A stretch of DNA of 64,000 nucleotides from Massalongia carnosa (GCA_965645245.1 OZ287071.1:2604001-2668000); one strand, 5' to 3'. Counted from the stretch's first letter, positions 12,276-26,036 are shown. Numbers and translations: made by a program. The notes: a model not told the origin generated them from the letters alone.

Positions 12276-15200
12276 GGTGGTGAAGTTGTTTGGAAGTGGA
12301 GAATTTCCCGAATAGGCGGTGAGGGAGGCGGGGGGAGGTAGAAATAAGGTAACGATGGTGGGAGAGATCTTCGGATACGGAAGGTATCGATTCCCCGCAA
12401 TGTCAAACGCAAACAGTCGCGAGACCGGAGAAACCAATTTATTGCCTCTGTACTGTGTACCGTCCGTACCTTGGGCAAATGGGTGAGACAAAGTCGTCGG
12501 GAAAGGTCGAAAGGTCACGGAGTCTTTATTCCTCTCCACTTGACTTGGAGTACTCTGTACCTAGTAATGGATGCAGCGCGATCGGGCCTAAGTTTAGGGC
12601 ATTGGTTAGCGATCCTGGGGAGTGGATGCTCCCAGTATTTTTCCCAACTTACAAAAGAAGGTGAACAAGCAGTTGGCGAATGCGTAAAATCCGGTCGGCT
12701 TCTTATTCGTGGTGCTGAACCCTAGTGATGGCCCCTTGGTTGCTACGGTTGATGCGATGCCAAGTTACGAGGCGATCCGTCCCGGCGTGAGGAGAGTGGC
12801 TGAATTCCGGAGGTGCAGGAGGAAGAACGACTTGGTACTGGATACTCTCGACCTCTGAACCTCTGGACCTCTGGACTCTGTACCGAATGCGGAGGAACTA
12901 GTCTTCATCAGATAAGCATGAGGTAAAGTCAAATAGACATGGCAATAGTGAAGACGTCGGGCCTTGAGATCACAAAGGTAAGGTAGGAATCAGGGATCAT
13001 GCGTCAGGTACCATTTTGCAGAGTGAGACAAGTAAGAAACTCTCACTCTCCCGATCAATGATCAATGCAGAGGTAGTTAGTGACGGAGTACTCAGCATCA
13101 TATCGTCCAGAGTTCAACGTACAGAGTGGCTCTGGGCTTCCGTGGATCAAAGCTGGACGGTTATTGGAAGCCTTCCACGAGTAAAGTGAATAATACGAGC
13201 GGATTAGTGAGGGTAGCGAGGTATGGCAACGGCGCCGCTCTTGACTCGATGCAGCCTGGCGTTGGGCACACATGCAGCAAATGCAGCCCATGCAGCCCAT
13301 GACCAAGACTATCGCCAATCACGTCTGATGTGTCTCCCGGTTCTCAACGACAAAGTACACAAGTATTCGGGACTTTGTTTGCATGCTCCCCCTTTGGTTG
13401 CGGGCTCGGGAGTTGGTGAAAGGGAAGGCGACACTAGATCATTCCAAGCTCCAGCCAGCCCAAGGATCGATGTCTCGTAAATGAGCCAGAGGACTCGCAA
13501 TGAACAATAGCCATGATGGACGATACATACCTTGGTACGGAGTACGGGGTGTGGTATTGCCTCGCATCGAATCGTTTGCCGAGGCGGTTAGTGAGGAACA
13601 AGGTCCTTCGTATCAACCCATGTCTTTCTTTCGCACGTCTCGGTTGCACGCCTTATAAACATTGTGCCTTCAAGTATGGAGTAGCAATCCAATAGATCAT
13701 GCTATACGATGATATTCCAGGTCTCTCGCTCGCCATAGATGGACAGATTTTCTTTCCTGGAGAGTTTGTATGAAGTGCGCTCGTTACTACCCAACCACTA
13801 GAGTACTCATATCGTGCCGATTGTCTCCAATGTTCTTTGGTGTAAGCTATGTCCTCAATCCATATCCGTCTCCACGCGCTCTTTTTCCTTATCCTCCTTG
13901 ATGATGGGTCCTATTGGCGGACAGAAGCCTGCCGGCTTACTGACTCAAACGCTGAAAATTTTCCGGTTCAGTATCAAATCAGACGTATATTGGTCTGCCG
14001 AGAACGGCTTTCCACCGCCTTGAACCCGTTCCTTCGGGCCTTTCGCGCCGCAGAATGTCATAAAATACTCGATTCGAACTGAAAGTCACCCAGTCAAGGC
14101 GGTTGAGCTCCCGTCCGTGTACTCGTTTGGTGATGATTTTCAGGCTGTTATCTCGAAACTTACCATCGAGTGGTGCTCGTTCAGCCATGATAAAGGATGA
14201 GACTGGTAACGACTACCGCAAACCCTATCACCGCAATGTTAGGCAAAGCTACTTCCATGCTGCTATGTGTATTAGACTTGGTTACCCTTATGTATCACAT
14301 CTTGGCCTCCTAACTAATATTTGCCAGCGTGTGAGGTTATGAATTCATACATACCATGTAGGTGATGCATTGAGTTACATATGCTCATACTTCCAAGAGG
14401 GGGAAGGTCAATCGTATCACATGTGGGAAAACAAACTCAAACTCCCAGAATACAGTGTCCTGGCTTTCGACCGTTTTAAGCTATCACGACTATTGTACCT
14501 CTTCGTCTATCCTAGCCGATGGCTCAACAGTCCTTCTAACGAGTCAGCGAGGGTATCGGTGGGTTTGCTTCGGCTTGTACGGTAGATAAGGCCGTTCTGA
14601 AAACCAAACCGGGAGTCAACAGGGCCGGCGGCGGCACTCTAAGCATGATGAATTCGGTGACATCAACGACATATTCTCACTCCTTGGAGTATTATGGAAT
14701 TGTGTTTTAGTCACAAAACCCATGGAAGGAAAATGAACAAAATACTAATAGTTTTTGGTCTGATCTTAGATCATCAGCAAATATGATATTCGACTGCTGG
14801 ATATTTCATTTGCTTGACTAGCACACGTGCTTCTGAATCGAAATTATTGGTACACCGTGTATTTGTCATAAAATGAAATAAACCAAACCACAATGCAGAC
14901 TAGGCTTAAATGGATAAATTAGGGTTCAAATGTTAAGAGCTCAAAGTCGTCCGCTATGATCGCGAGTTGCCTGGCTGTTAGGGCTAAGAAAGTTCACTAG
15001 AAGTTCAGTTCTGATATTATTAGGTAAGACTTATCTAATTCGATATTTGAAGAAAAAGCATTCTTTCCATTGTTGAAGAGCGGCCAAAAGAAAAGTACAA
15101 CTCCAATTTCCAGAGAAGTGAAACCAGAAAAAAAGCTAAAGCTAGCCTTTTAATAAAATAGACTAGATAGATCTTGCTTCAAAAGCCTCAAAGAAAATCT

Positions 15201-15354
15201 AGAAGGTCTAATTTAGGAAGCCACACCACCCACCACATTCCCCAAACCAGCCCGTGCAATGACTATCGATGATAACTATGGTTAGCTTATGAGAAGAAGA
15301 TATCTCTAGAAACCGAACCGTAGGTAGCAAGTCAGTTAATGAAACCGTATTTCC

Positions 15355-17058
15355 CTAAAAGCGGAAATAGTCTTGCTGTTGATCGAGAGTCGAATCTGGA
15401 TAGTGGGACACTTGATGTGGATCATCATCTAAATCATCAGAATCAATATCATCGTTTTCTGAATCTTGCAAATCCTCCTCGTCGCTCAGTAGATCACTCG
15501 CATTTTCCCCTTCAGGTGCTGAGGAACCACATTCATCAAAACCCAGGATGGGTTTTGCAGCATGTTTTCGGATCTGGCCGGCTCGATCGATATGCGGTAG
15601 ATGGCAGTTTTTATTGCCGCAAGCACCATTGTTAGCGTAATCAGGGCACTCATGAGCATGACGCTCGTTGCATAAAGCGCCGCGCTCGCAATATCCTAGT
15701 AAAGCAAAGTCTCGACAAACCAAGGCCGCAGGGTTGACGTGCACATGAGAATAACGACAAGAAGAATTAGAGCACTTGCCACGAAGGAAATGCATGCAAG
15801 GAGGAACACGATGGGGTGAGGGTTCATGAGAAAGGTCGCAAGAACCACCAGCAGGGCAAGCTCCTTTTTGAAGGAAATCTTTACAGATTGCAACTTTATC
15901 TGGGTTGTGGATGTATGGACAGAGCGGTCCTTTGGAGCAATTACCTATACAAAGATTATGGGTAATGGTTAGTTATACAGAAATTTAGGTGCTTAAAGCC
16001 ATCAAGCATGAAAGGGGCGAGAAGGGGCTACCAGTAATTGAGAATCGTTTGCATGGTTTGGAAATCTTCCTATGCGCTATAGCTCCCCTGTTTGTCGTTA
16101 AAATCTATATCAGATCTATGTACGGTAGTTGATATGAACAGCAGAGAAGGCTCCAAAGAGTAATTGAAAGTCGACTAACCTATTGGCTTTCACAATACCT
16201 GAGCGATACAAGTTACCGCTTCTACTTCGAAAAAACAAGACGCCACCAACGTTGGCTTTCTTGGGGGTAGGATATGCTGAATCATATCCATCTAGACCGT
16301 GTGAGTAATACAGAGAGATACAAAAATTGATAAATATACACTTACTTCGAATCCGGAGCAACTTGCTCCCACCATTGTGTACTTGAAATGTCAGGCCATT
16401 TAATTTCAAGCGACGGAGATTTGCAGTTAAGCTACTTGATGATGCAGCGGCTGCACGAGCTGGTGAATGATTAAGGATTTGAAGATGTTTTTCAAGTTTA
16501 TATCTCTCTCGATGGTCTTTCTGTAAGGCCCTTCGTTGACGTGTTTCATCAATAGCCTTTTTTCGTACTGAAGTTTCTTTGTCGAAAATCGAGGAATGAA
16601 TAAGTTGCATATGACGATCACGTTTTGCAATCCAGCTGGTCGTGGAACTATTGAGCCCTTGGTTTGTATTATAATCTTCAGTTGTAGCAGCGTGCACAAT
16701 GGAAGCGGATTTCTCTTCCCTATCATTATTTTTGTTTTGCGCTGTTTTATTTAAAATGAGTGAACGGTTCCTATGGGGTTTTGGGTTTGGCTTTGGCGTT
16801 ACTGCTCTTGGGAGCGCTGTGGGATATGGGGCCGATTGGGGCGGATTCCATGCTGTTGAACTCCCAATGTTTCCAATTCTAAGAGATGTGGCTGAGCGCA
16901 AATTCTTTGAATAGCCAAGATGATCATTTGTAGGTGTGTGGGACTTGTGTAGATTAATATGACCTATGCCCATTAGCTTCATCTTACGTTACAAATGGTA
17001 GGAAACCTTTACCAGCAAGCTGGCCGATGCGAGCAAGTAGATCCTGATCTTCCGACAT
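15355..17058 (-). CDS. Tandem CCCH zinc-finger protein (ZC3H3/Red5-like)
   Basis: Exon 1 MSEDQDLLARIGQLAG. Multiple CCCH fingers (CMHFLRGKCSNSSCRYSH, CRDFALLGYCERGALCNERH, CPDYANNGACGNKNCHLPH) and an acidic tail. Confidence 0.82.
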
Positions 17059-17255
17059 ATTAGAAGGGCGTGGAAGAGAGGTGCGGAAGATCGATCAAAG
17101 GGTCATAAACAGAAAGATTATGGAAGTGTAGCGTCACGTAATCAATCTATTTGCATCGACACCTCACACGTGTTGGGTTAAGCCTCTTCGGGTTAATGTA
17201 GTTCACCCCTTATTAAGATGCTTCCACAGCCTTATCATCAAGCCGTGAAACCTCT

Positions 17256-20164
17256 ATGCCTTTGTTAGATGATGTAGATTTCTTTCATAGCTGTCAACTC
17301 GAGATACACGAAGGCGTAAATGCCGTATTTACATCAACTGAGAATTCTATCTCCGAGTATTCTCGTGCGCAGATTCAGCGAAATAGTGACGCTCGACAGC
17401 GGATTGACCAGAAGAAAAAGAAGCAAGACGCCGTCCATGAGAAGGAGAAGGAGAACGTAGAGATAACTATCTCGGAAGATCTTGCAGACGGCCAAAACAC
17501 AAAATTAGACGCATCCCTCAAGCTCCTCGGCGAAGACGATCAAAAGCTCCTCCTACCTAGCGATGAACTAGAAGAAGACGAAATCCATATTATCGAGACA
17601 ACCATTGACGCACCACAGGGCGGTATCCATCCATTGCAGGATTATCAAATGCAAATTATGCTTCTTGAGCAGCAGAACAAAAAGCGGTTATTAATAGCAA
17701 GACAAGGACAAGACCGAACAGATATTCTATTTGACCAGATGGCTGCTGCAAGAGAAATGAAACGACGAGATCAGAAGAGTGCAACAAAGAAAGAGCAAGT
17801 TTATGCATCGGTGAACCAAATACCCTCTCAGGATCCTAAGGCAACTCAAGTGACATCTAAAATGCCCGCGACGGTTGCCGATACGGGTGCCGATACGGGC
17901 GCTGTCCCTGCCACGAAGAGACAGAAGCGTGGTCATCAACTACAATCAAGCGAAACAGATAAAGTGATGCTGTCAATGGCAGCGTTTTGAATGCGGCTAA
18001 AGCAGGATCGGTTGAGGTCAGTGATCAATGCCTATAAGTCTGGCTAAGTCAAATTCAAGTTTACAAACTGTAATTAGCACATGCCACCTCATTTCGACCT
18101 CCTTTACCAAATTTCTTGCAACACAGACAATCATCCTATGCAAACCTTCCGCGATGCTCCCATTTCGGTCTCACCATTTGACTCTAGATCTTTAAGCTAT
18201 TCGCGTGGTTCTCATCTTAACGGAACGGTCCCTGTGTATGATCTAGAGGCCTTCATGGAAAATGACACAGATGGCATTGCCTTCGTTGTCATTAGAACAG
18301 TTGAATGCTCCGAAGCCTCTGTCCTGATAGCCCGCGCTGGTGGTGCTCTTCGGTGGACTGAAGCCATATATACTAAGTCGAGGATCATAAAGAACACAAT
18401 GCAAGAAATTGCGACATGTTACTTTCAACCCGTTCTCGAAGAGACTAAGACTCCTTACTATAATCGAGCAAAATCCTCTGGCACCAAAGCACCATTTGAG
18501 CAAAATCGGATCGCTCCCGCAGACTTATTTCTCTTCCATCATCGTCATTTGTTGAGAACTCATGCCTTGAATCATTCCGAATCAAAACAATATATTGACG
18601 CTCTCTTTGAGTACATGGATAATCGGTTTGGCATGGAGTTCGAAGAAGCCGATAGCCTCTTCGCACGTGGCATTGTTACCCAAGCGCACATTTTGAACCT
18701 GTTCAGACCAAATGAACTGGTCATAAGTGGAACCTACGGAAAGCCCGTAGCTTTTGTTTTGCAAGAATGGCCAAAGTTGGGTAGTAATGGCTGGCTCACC
18801 CTTTCTTGCTGGTCATTCCAGCCTGATGGCTCTGGCTTCGCTCGCAAACGAAGTATTCTATCTATCCCTCCCATAGAGCCAAAGACTACGAAGATACAAA
18901 ATCTGGTTGCATATCCGCTTCATTTTGCAAATACAGAACTACGAGAGTTAATTCGGAGTCGGGGAGAGAAGCAATGGGAACTTCGTATCACAACACAAAT
19001 CACCTATAGAGGTTGGAATACTAAAAAAGACCAATTCTTTGTAAGTCCAAGGAACATCTAGTTTGTTCGCACATTCCGCTGAACTTCTAGCCCGATGCTA
19101 GATTCATGATAGATCACAAGGTTTATCGCAAAATGCACGAGTACGCTCAAGCATTTCGCTTTGAAAGGCCAACGACAACATATCTATTTGATCGATTGCC
19201 AGCCTACCTTAGCACTGAACAAGAATCCTCAGAAATGCTCTTTCTTTTGATGCCCCCAGACATACATGGATTTTATCTCAACGAGAAGAAGTGGATCAAA
19301 CTCTTTGTTGACTGTACGCACCCTGTATCCTGGAACAAGAAAGCCTATGAAAGGCTAGTGCTCCCGCCTCAAACTAAAGACCTTGTCCGAGCTCTGGTTA
19401 CCGTCCGAACATCTCAAAGGGGAGTCAAACAAGGCCTTGGTGTTGCAGGCAAGCGAACGGACATCACTGGTGGCAAGGGCAATGGCCTGATCATGCTCCT
19501 GCACGGCGGCCCTGGAACTGGCAAAACACTGACAGCAGAAAGTGTTGCGGAGATAGCAGAAATGCCCCTTTATCGAGTGACGTGTGGAGACATAGGAACG
19601 AATGCAGAAGCGGTCGAGCAATATCTTAACACTGTGCTGCACCTGGGAAAGACTTGGAATTGTGTACTTCTATTAGATGAAGCAGATGTATTTCTTGAGG
19701 AGCGGTCAATGGCCGATTTGAAGAGGAACAATCTTGTATCCGTGTTCTTACGCATTCTCGAGTACTACGATGGAATCCTAATTCTGACCAGCAATCGTGT
19801 CGGCATCTTTGACGAAGCCTTCAAGTCCCGGATCCAGGTGGCATTGCATTACGAGAATCTCAACCGGTCCGCTCGGAAAAAGATTTGGGGGAATTTTCTG
19901 GATATGCTCGAGGAAGACGAGGAGAACGTTAACTTTGATGAGATGAAACTCCATCTCGATGACCTTGCTGGAAAAGAGTTGAATGGTCGTCAAATACGCA
20001 ACGTGCTCACAACTGCGAGACAATTGGCCATTTTCAGGAACCAACGTTTGGACTGGGAGCACCTGGAGCAGGCGCTTTCGGTTTCGTCCGACTTCAATGA
20101 GTATTTGAAACGTATGCAAGGCCACACTGATGATCAGAGGGCCAGAGACATTGGCTTGAGATGA
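17256..20164 (+). CDS. Fungal AAA+ ATPase with a long N-terminal region (DUF7025-type)
   Basis: Walker A GGPGTGKT, Walker B LLLDEAD, LRILEYYDGILILTSNR, DEAFKSRI, LNGRQIRN. Intron at 19041-19090. The first join (about 17964-18077) is in frame but unconfirmed. Confidence 0.88.
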
Positions 20165-20236
20165 TTTGCACGAGGGTTATTCTGATTGCTGCCGTACCAA
20201 GACAATCACTTCACACCGACGAACTACACAATCTCT

Positions 20237-22297
20237 TTATTTCCTGAAGCACGCTGTTGGCCGTCGTGGCCTCCGTGATTTCCTCCAATCTCGTGGTTTA
20301 CTAACCTGAATCTTGACACAGGCGTTGGATTGCTCGAGCTCTTTAGCATAAGATCGGCTGACGCTTGATGTGGCTGTCACGATCTTTATATTACCCGACA
20401 GATTCGATCTCAACATGTCCAGCATTTCCAGAGATTCGCTTCGCTCATACGCTGTCGCATGTGCCAGAAGGTCTTCATCCAATGCAATGAATGCATGGCT
20501 GATGCTAGAAAGTAAGCGATTTAGGATAGCAACCCATTCACTAAGACTTGCTGCTTCCCGAAGCTGCTCTACGGTCACTGGAAAAGAACTATCGAGTAGT
20601 CGTTCGGCGCCTACTTGCATTGTTTGCACTATCAACATGCGAATGATGTTTGAGACGCTTATGCGCTGGTCCCTGTAGTCCGCATAGCGCAGGGCCCAAA
20701 TGACGGGCAGGCGATTATCAAGAATGAGATCGATCAGGTCGATCATAAATGTCTTCGCAGCTATGGGAATGTAGGTGTCGATAAGAAGTACGGCGTTGTT
20801 TCTCTGTGAAGTCCACGTCTCCAGTTTTTTGACGTCAGGGAGTGGCAACTTCGTGCGCTCACGACGTCTGTTACGTATGGACCGGCAGAACTGCAGGGAG
20901 TCTCCTGAGGTTGGGAGGAAGTTCCAAAGTGGCAGTGAGAGCATTTGATTGAGGTGGACTCGATTTAGGGTTGCGCGCTGGAAGGAAAAGTCAAGGCGGA
21001 TTTCTTTGTACATGCCTGTTCGCGATGTCCGTTAGCGTCGCTGTCGTTAGCGAAGCGGGCTTGCTCAGGGCATGATAAGACGTGTATGTCTTGCCCTTAA
21101 GCAAACGTACAATCCACTCACAAAGCATCGAATCCTCCATCATCCCAAATTTCGCCTGAAAAAATTTCGCTAACCGCTGATTCTCCACCCTTAGCTCGTT
21201 CATCTCCTGCCTCACCAGCTCCCAATGCCTCGTCCCCTGTACGACCTCCAGTCTCGTGTCCCGTACCTCCGCCTTCAAGGCCACGTCGGCCAGCCGCCCG
21301 ATCTGCTGCGCCTCGGCCGCAATAGCCTCGTACTCATGCCGAAATTTTAGGTCCCACGGCTTGGAGATAGACTTGAGGGCGTGCATGGCGCGGTTGTCTT
21401 TGTACCACTCGAGCGAAGAGAGGAAAAATTTTACGATGTGCGCGTAGAGCCGCGCGACGGTGGTTTGCATTCGCGGGGTTGGGTAGAGGATTAGATGCAG
21501 CGAATGTTGCGGGAGGAGGTCGGCGATTTGGGAGATGGATTTGCTGAGTTTCGAGACTATCTCGGCGTGGTTGGTAATTGCCTTGTGGGTATTAGAGGCT
21601 GTTCGGGATAACGGAGTATTGGGATGCGGCTAGTGCGATAAGGTAGAGGCCATTACGGGAAATCACAATACTCACGATGAACAGAATCTTGAACGTTCCC
21701 CAGGCCAATGAGACATACTAAGGGTGATGTTGGACCATCACGTCGAAGATGTTGCCGTAGTGCACGAGTTTCTCGGATAGGCCGGTCAGCCAGATCCGTG
21801 CTTTGGCTTTGGATTTGCTGAAAGGTGTCGTATGTTTGATGGATACGGAAGCCGCAGTGGTGGGTGCCATTGTTTGGAAGGCGTCGGCTGTGTCTCCGAT
21901 TCGACATTCGTAGGAGGCTTGTGCTTCTTTGAGGCAGCGCTGGACGTCGAACATGGTGTGGTTTGGTGAATGTAGAGCGTTTGGAGCGTCGGTTGGAGGG
22001 AATAGGCTCGCATAGTCTTGAGGTTGGATTATGGTTCGGAGCAGCAGTTTTGCGTGCGCGAGGGTCGTTTGCAGGATTTCTTCCGAGCTGGAACACCCAT
22101 GGGATGTCAGTTGCTTGCTACAGCGGACTCGGCGTGCCTCGTGAAGGAAAAGCGAGAAGCTTGAATGGCCAATGCAGAGTGCATGTGGACACACAATCTT
22201 CGAACCGGCTTTTCGCTCTGAGAAAAAACTCACCTAGACGAGGTATTCGCATTGGAATACCAGCCTGCTATATCGCCAGCTTGATCTGAGAGATCCA
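20237..22297 (-). pseudogene. NACHT-N-terminal (DUF7708-like) helical domain plus degenerate NACHT core; premature TAG
   Basis: Exon 1 MDLSDQAGDIAGWY. YGNIFDVMVQHHP*YVSLAWGTFKILFI has a TAG at 21718-21720; LYPTPRMQTTVARLYAHIVKF follows. The C-terminal part lacks GxxxxGK but keeps a Walker-B-like AFIALD. Confidence 0.7.
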
Positions 22298-22846
22298 TGG
22301 TAGACGGTACTCTTGAAAGTCATACCGTTTATACTTCGTTGCATCCGAATGATGTCGAATGCAAAGCACTCATAGAGTATAGCAATCTTCCACGATGAAA
22401 ATGCAGAAATCGTTCCGAGATTGAGGGTGAAGTTTTCATATGCATTTCAAGAATACGGTCGTTTGTCGAAGCTTCAATGTTGCACAGCCTCATCCGCTAC
22501 GTTCGGATCACTTGTCATGGGGCCACCATCGTTACTCGTAGTTAGTCCTGCAAGGCAAGTCGGCGATGCGCTCGGCGCCACATTTAACATTACGCCACAG
22601 AGCACGATAAAACAAGTTATTGATTCACGATGATGTTTTCTTACTGTAATGAAGGAATATTCACTCGTATTAAACTTATTATTTCTTGTATTGACGATAT
22701 AAACCAGAAAAAGCTTCAAGTTTCATCTAGCTGTTTAGATCTTTAATATCATCAACACATATGATGACTTCTTTTATCCCGTCAATTACTTCGTATTCAT
22801 AAATGTACTCCGTACTAAATTAACAATAACTGTCGACATAAAATAT

Positions 22847-24677
22847 CTATTTCCGCGTAGATCCCGGCCTAGAATCCGGATAAACAAGATTCCAAACCGC
22901 TTTCTCCGTCCCCCCAGGCCTCACATAAGCATTGTCCACAATCAAATCCCGAACCGCACGCGGGACGTGCCCCCTCTCCCGCAGGTGGGGATAAACGGAC
23001 AACAAATAAGCAGCTAGCCCGGCGACCGAGGGAGCGGCAAAAGATGTAGTTCCGCCGGTGATGGTGCGGCCTTCTACCCCCGCGCAGGTCACTTCTCCGG
23101 GTGCCGATACTGTCAGGGCAATTCCCCCGTTGGAGGTCGGTGTTGTATGGCCGTTGGTCAGGACAGCCCCAACAGTGATGATGGGGAATTCGCCGTTGGG
23201 TTTCAGGGTCAGAAGAGCAGGCCATTCGAAGATGTCGGCGTTGGTGGTGGTGGTGGTGGTGGAGAAATACGTGTCGCCTGCGGACACGACTACCACGACT
23301 TGGTAGTCGTCTAGCACCTCCTTTATGAGCAATTCTAGGATATTCAAGTGAAGCGGTTGGAGCGTCGCCCATCCGGACGAGATGGTGACTACGGTGTAGC
23401 CTGGGATAACTTCCCCTAGTTCCACTCGTCGGTCAAGATCGTTGAGTACTTCTCGTAGCAAACTCAGGAACGACTTCGCCCGTAGGGTCATTTCACCTAT
23501 CACCAAGCTTACCTTCTTGGCCACTCCGAAATCGATGCCACCAATCTTCGAGGCAATGCAAGTCGCGTGATCTTCTGTGGTGTCTTTGGTTCTATCCACG
23601 TCCATGCCATAGAGGAAGTGTTTTATCTGGCCAGGGCGAAATTCCGGATGCGCTGTGTCCACGGCTCCATCGAGAGAATATACTGTGATCGTTTCACCAG
23701 CGTTGGAGAAATACGTATACTTTGAGTTTTGCGTCATGACTGAATCCGGAGATGTTGATATGAATGCCAAATCCAGCAGAGAATTTGGCTGCACCACCAC
23801 AAAGCCATTGCGTTTTTCGCGTTGATCCCCCCTTTTCCTCGGCCTGTTGGTGACCTTCCTTGGAGTTGATGGAAATCGATCAGACACAAGCGGTTCATCG
23901 GGGGCAACGCCAAGAACACCCTCCATGGCCCGGATGAGAGTTGTTTGTTCTAACGTCAGCGCGGCGGTCCAGAAAAACACTCCACACTTCCGGACTTCAG
24001 AGGCATGAACCCCTCCAGGGGGTTTCATCTCATTTAGAGACTTGGCAATATTTTCATTTTGTATCGTGCTAGCACAATTAGAAGCGTATATCAGTTGATC
24101 AGTGGCGACATCGCAAGGATCCTGTGAATGTAGGTTATAAGAGCTGTAAACCGCAAAGACTTTAAAGTCTTGGATTTGAAACTTGTCGGATTTCGCTGAT
24201 AATGCAGAGGTGCTGAACAGATAAAAGAACACATACTTTGAGACTCGGAGTCACATCACCAGAATCTTGGAAGGGTACAGGGGTATGATCACACTCGTTG
24301 TCCACAGAAGATCTTTGAGGTGATGATGGTTGATTCTCTAACCCCCCACTCGGGCCAATTATTGGCACTGGCGAATTCAATTCAGGGTCCGCATCTGCCG
24401 GGGAGGCTATACCGGTCTCCGGAGTGGATTCCGGCGGGGGAGTAGTTTCAGGTTCTGCAGGAGGTGCCAAAAAATCAAATAAATCTGATGAGCTAGGAGA
24501 AAGAAACAAGTTCTGAATTACATCCGCTCCAGCGTTTAACAGAGAGCCAACACCATTCCAAATAGCTGGAATGGGCGAGTCCGGCCAAGGTTCTTGACGT
24601 GTAAGAAGACGTGAGGAGGTGACCCGGATAGGGGTTTGGCAGATGAGCAAAACACTGAAAAGAAACAAACCGCTCAT
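22847..24677 (-). CDS. Secreted subtilisin-like serine protease (S8), 2 exons
   Basis: Signal-peptide-like MSGLFLFSVLLIC, Pro-rich linker, phase-0 intron at about 24122-24236, KR processing site. Triad motifs VYSLDG (D), DHATCIASKIGG (H), TTSFAAPSVAGLAAY (S). Confidence 0.85.
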
Positions 24678-26036
24678 GTAAAAAAACATAGAATGCGTTG
24701 AAAAGACTGTCATGTGGAGTTTTTTCGGCATGTGGTTCAACCCAACAAGCGCTTCCGTGGGTGATATATATCGTAGTCGACAACGAACAGGATGATTTTC
24801 AGCGGGCGGAGCCGAGTTAGAAGAAGCTGCTTTGCCGTTCTTGCAGGAACAAGCATACTATGATTATGCCGCAAGATAAGAGATGCCTGAATTGTGACGA
24901 TCAAGAATACGTCAAAGGTATCACGAATCAATCTTATGATAGTGGGACATCAGGAAGCGAAAATACAACAATCCTTTCTCGTTAGCGATTAAAAATGCGA
25001 TACAGTGTATTTCATCTACAGGATTTCTTTCTGTGAGAAAAACTTCTCTTGCCCCTTTCGCCCTGAAGATGAATCGTCGCGCTCATCGGACACTTTGTTT
25101 ATCATCGTTCTTTCATACAGACCTGTCCTCATTCCTATTTAAGAAGATCTGCATCGTGAAGCTTGTCTCCGTTTGGTTATTTTTGAAGTTTAGTCTAATC
25201 CATTGATTTTGAGTTGCAAACCTGCGGGAACAAAAGCGACAAGAAAACACAAGGGAAACAGAAATGGCAGCCGAAGTAGATTGGACCAGGCTTACTGAGT
25301 CCGAATCAAGACGGGTGGTTTTCTTTTTCCTGCTCTGACTGCATTCGAGTTGGTCATCGTTGGGAGGTGGTTTATGTATCACCGTGATCATCGCTTATCA
25401 AGTCCTCTTGGACAACTCGAACAGTTGCATTTCTTAACACACTTCTCATCAGCAATGGCAACGAGAGAGCATCAGATTGTACGAGACGAGGGTGCTATTT
25501 ACTGTGGATGAGAGTATTTGAGTCTAAGGTTTGACTTGAATTGTAGAGTTTTGCCTAGTTTTCATTTCAATAGTACGAGTATCTAGCTGTTAATGCTAGC
25601 TGTGTCTTAGGTTTCCAAAATTAGTTAGATGCATGTATAGGTGATTTTGTAATGAGCATATGATGCCGATATAGGTGTTGGGCCGTAGCATGAATTTGTG
25701 AGAGCCAGGGAACGCAAAGTTTTCCTCTATGCTCATAAGGGATTGTTATCAAGACATTTAAAGTTCATGGGGTCCTGTGAAAGAGCAACGTTATCTTCTG
25801 TTTCTACTACTAGTGTCCTAGTTTCTTCCCATAATGCTTGGTGTAGGACTCCTCCAGTTTCCGAGTACCTTTGAATCGCATTAGATGACATTTCCAGAGC
25901 GTAATCCCTTCAGAACAGGCCTTAAATCAGCGACCTTAGATAGATGCGATGGAACAAGGGAACATTAAATACCTCACATAATTTCATAGAAACTTCCAAA
26001 CAGTGCGTGCGAGGGGCCATGTTGTTCATTGAGAAC

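Noticed and set aside
13800..14600. Possible decayed gene upstream of the bZIP
   Set aside because: Coding-like composition, but no recognisable motif or consistent frame.
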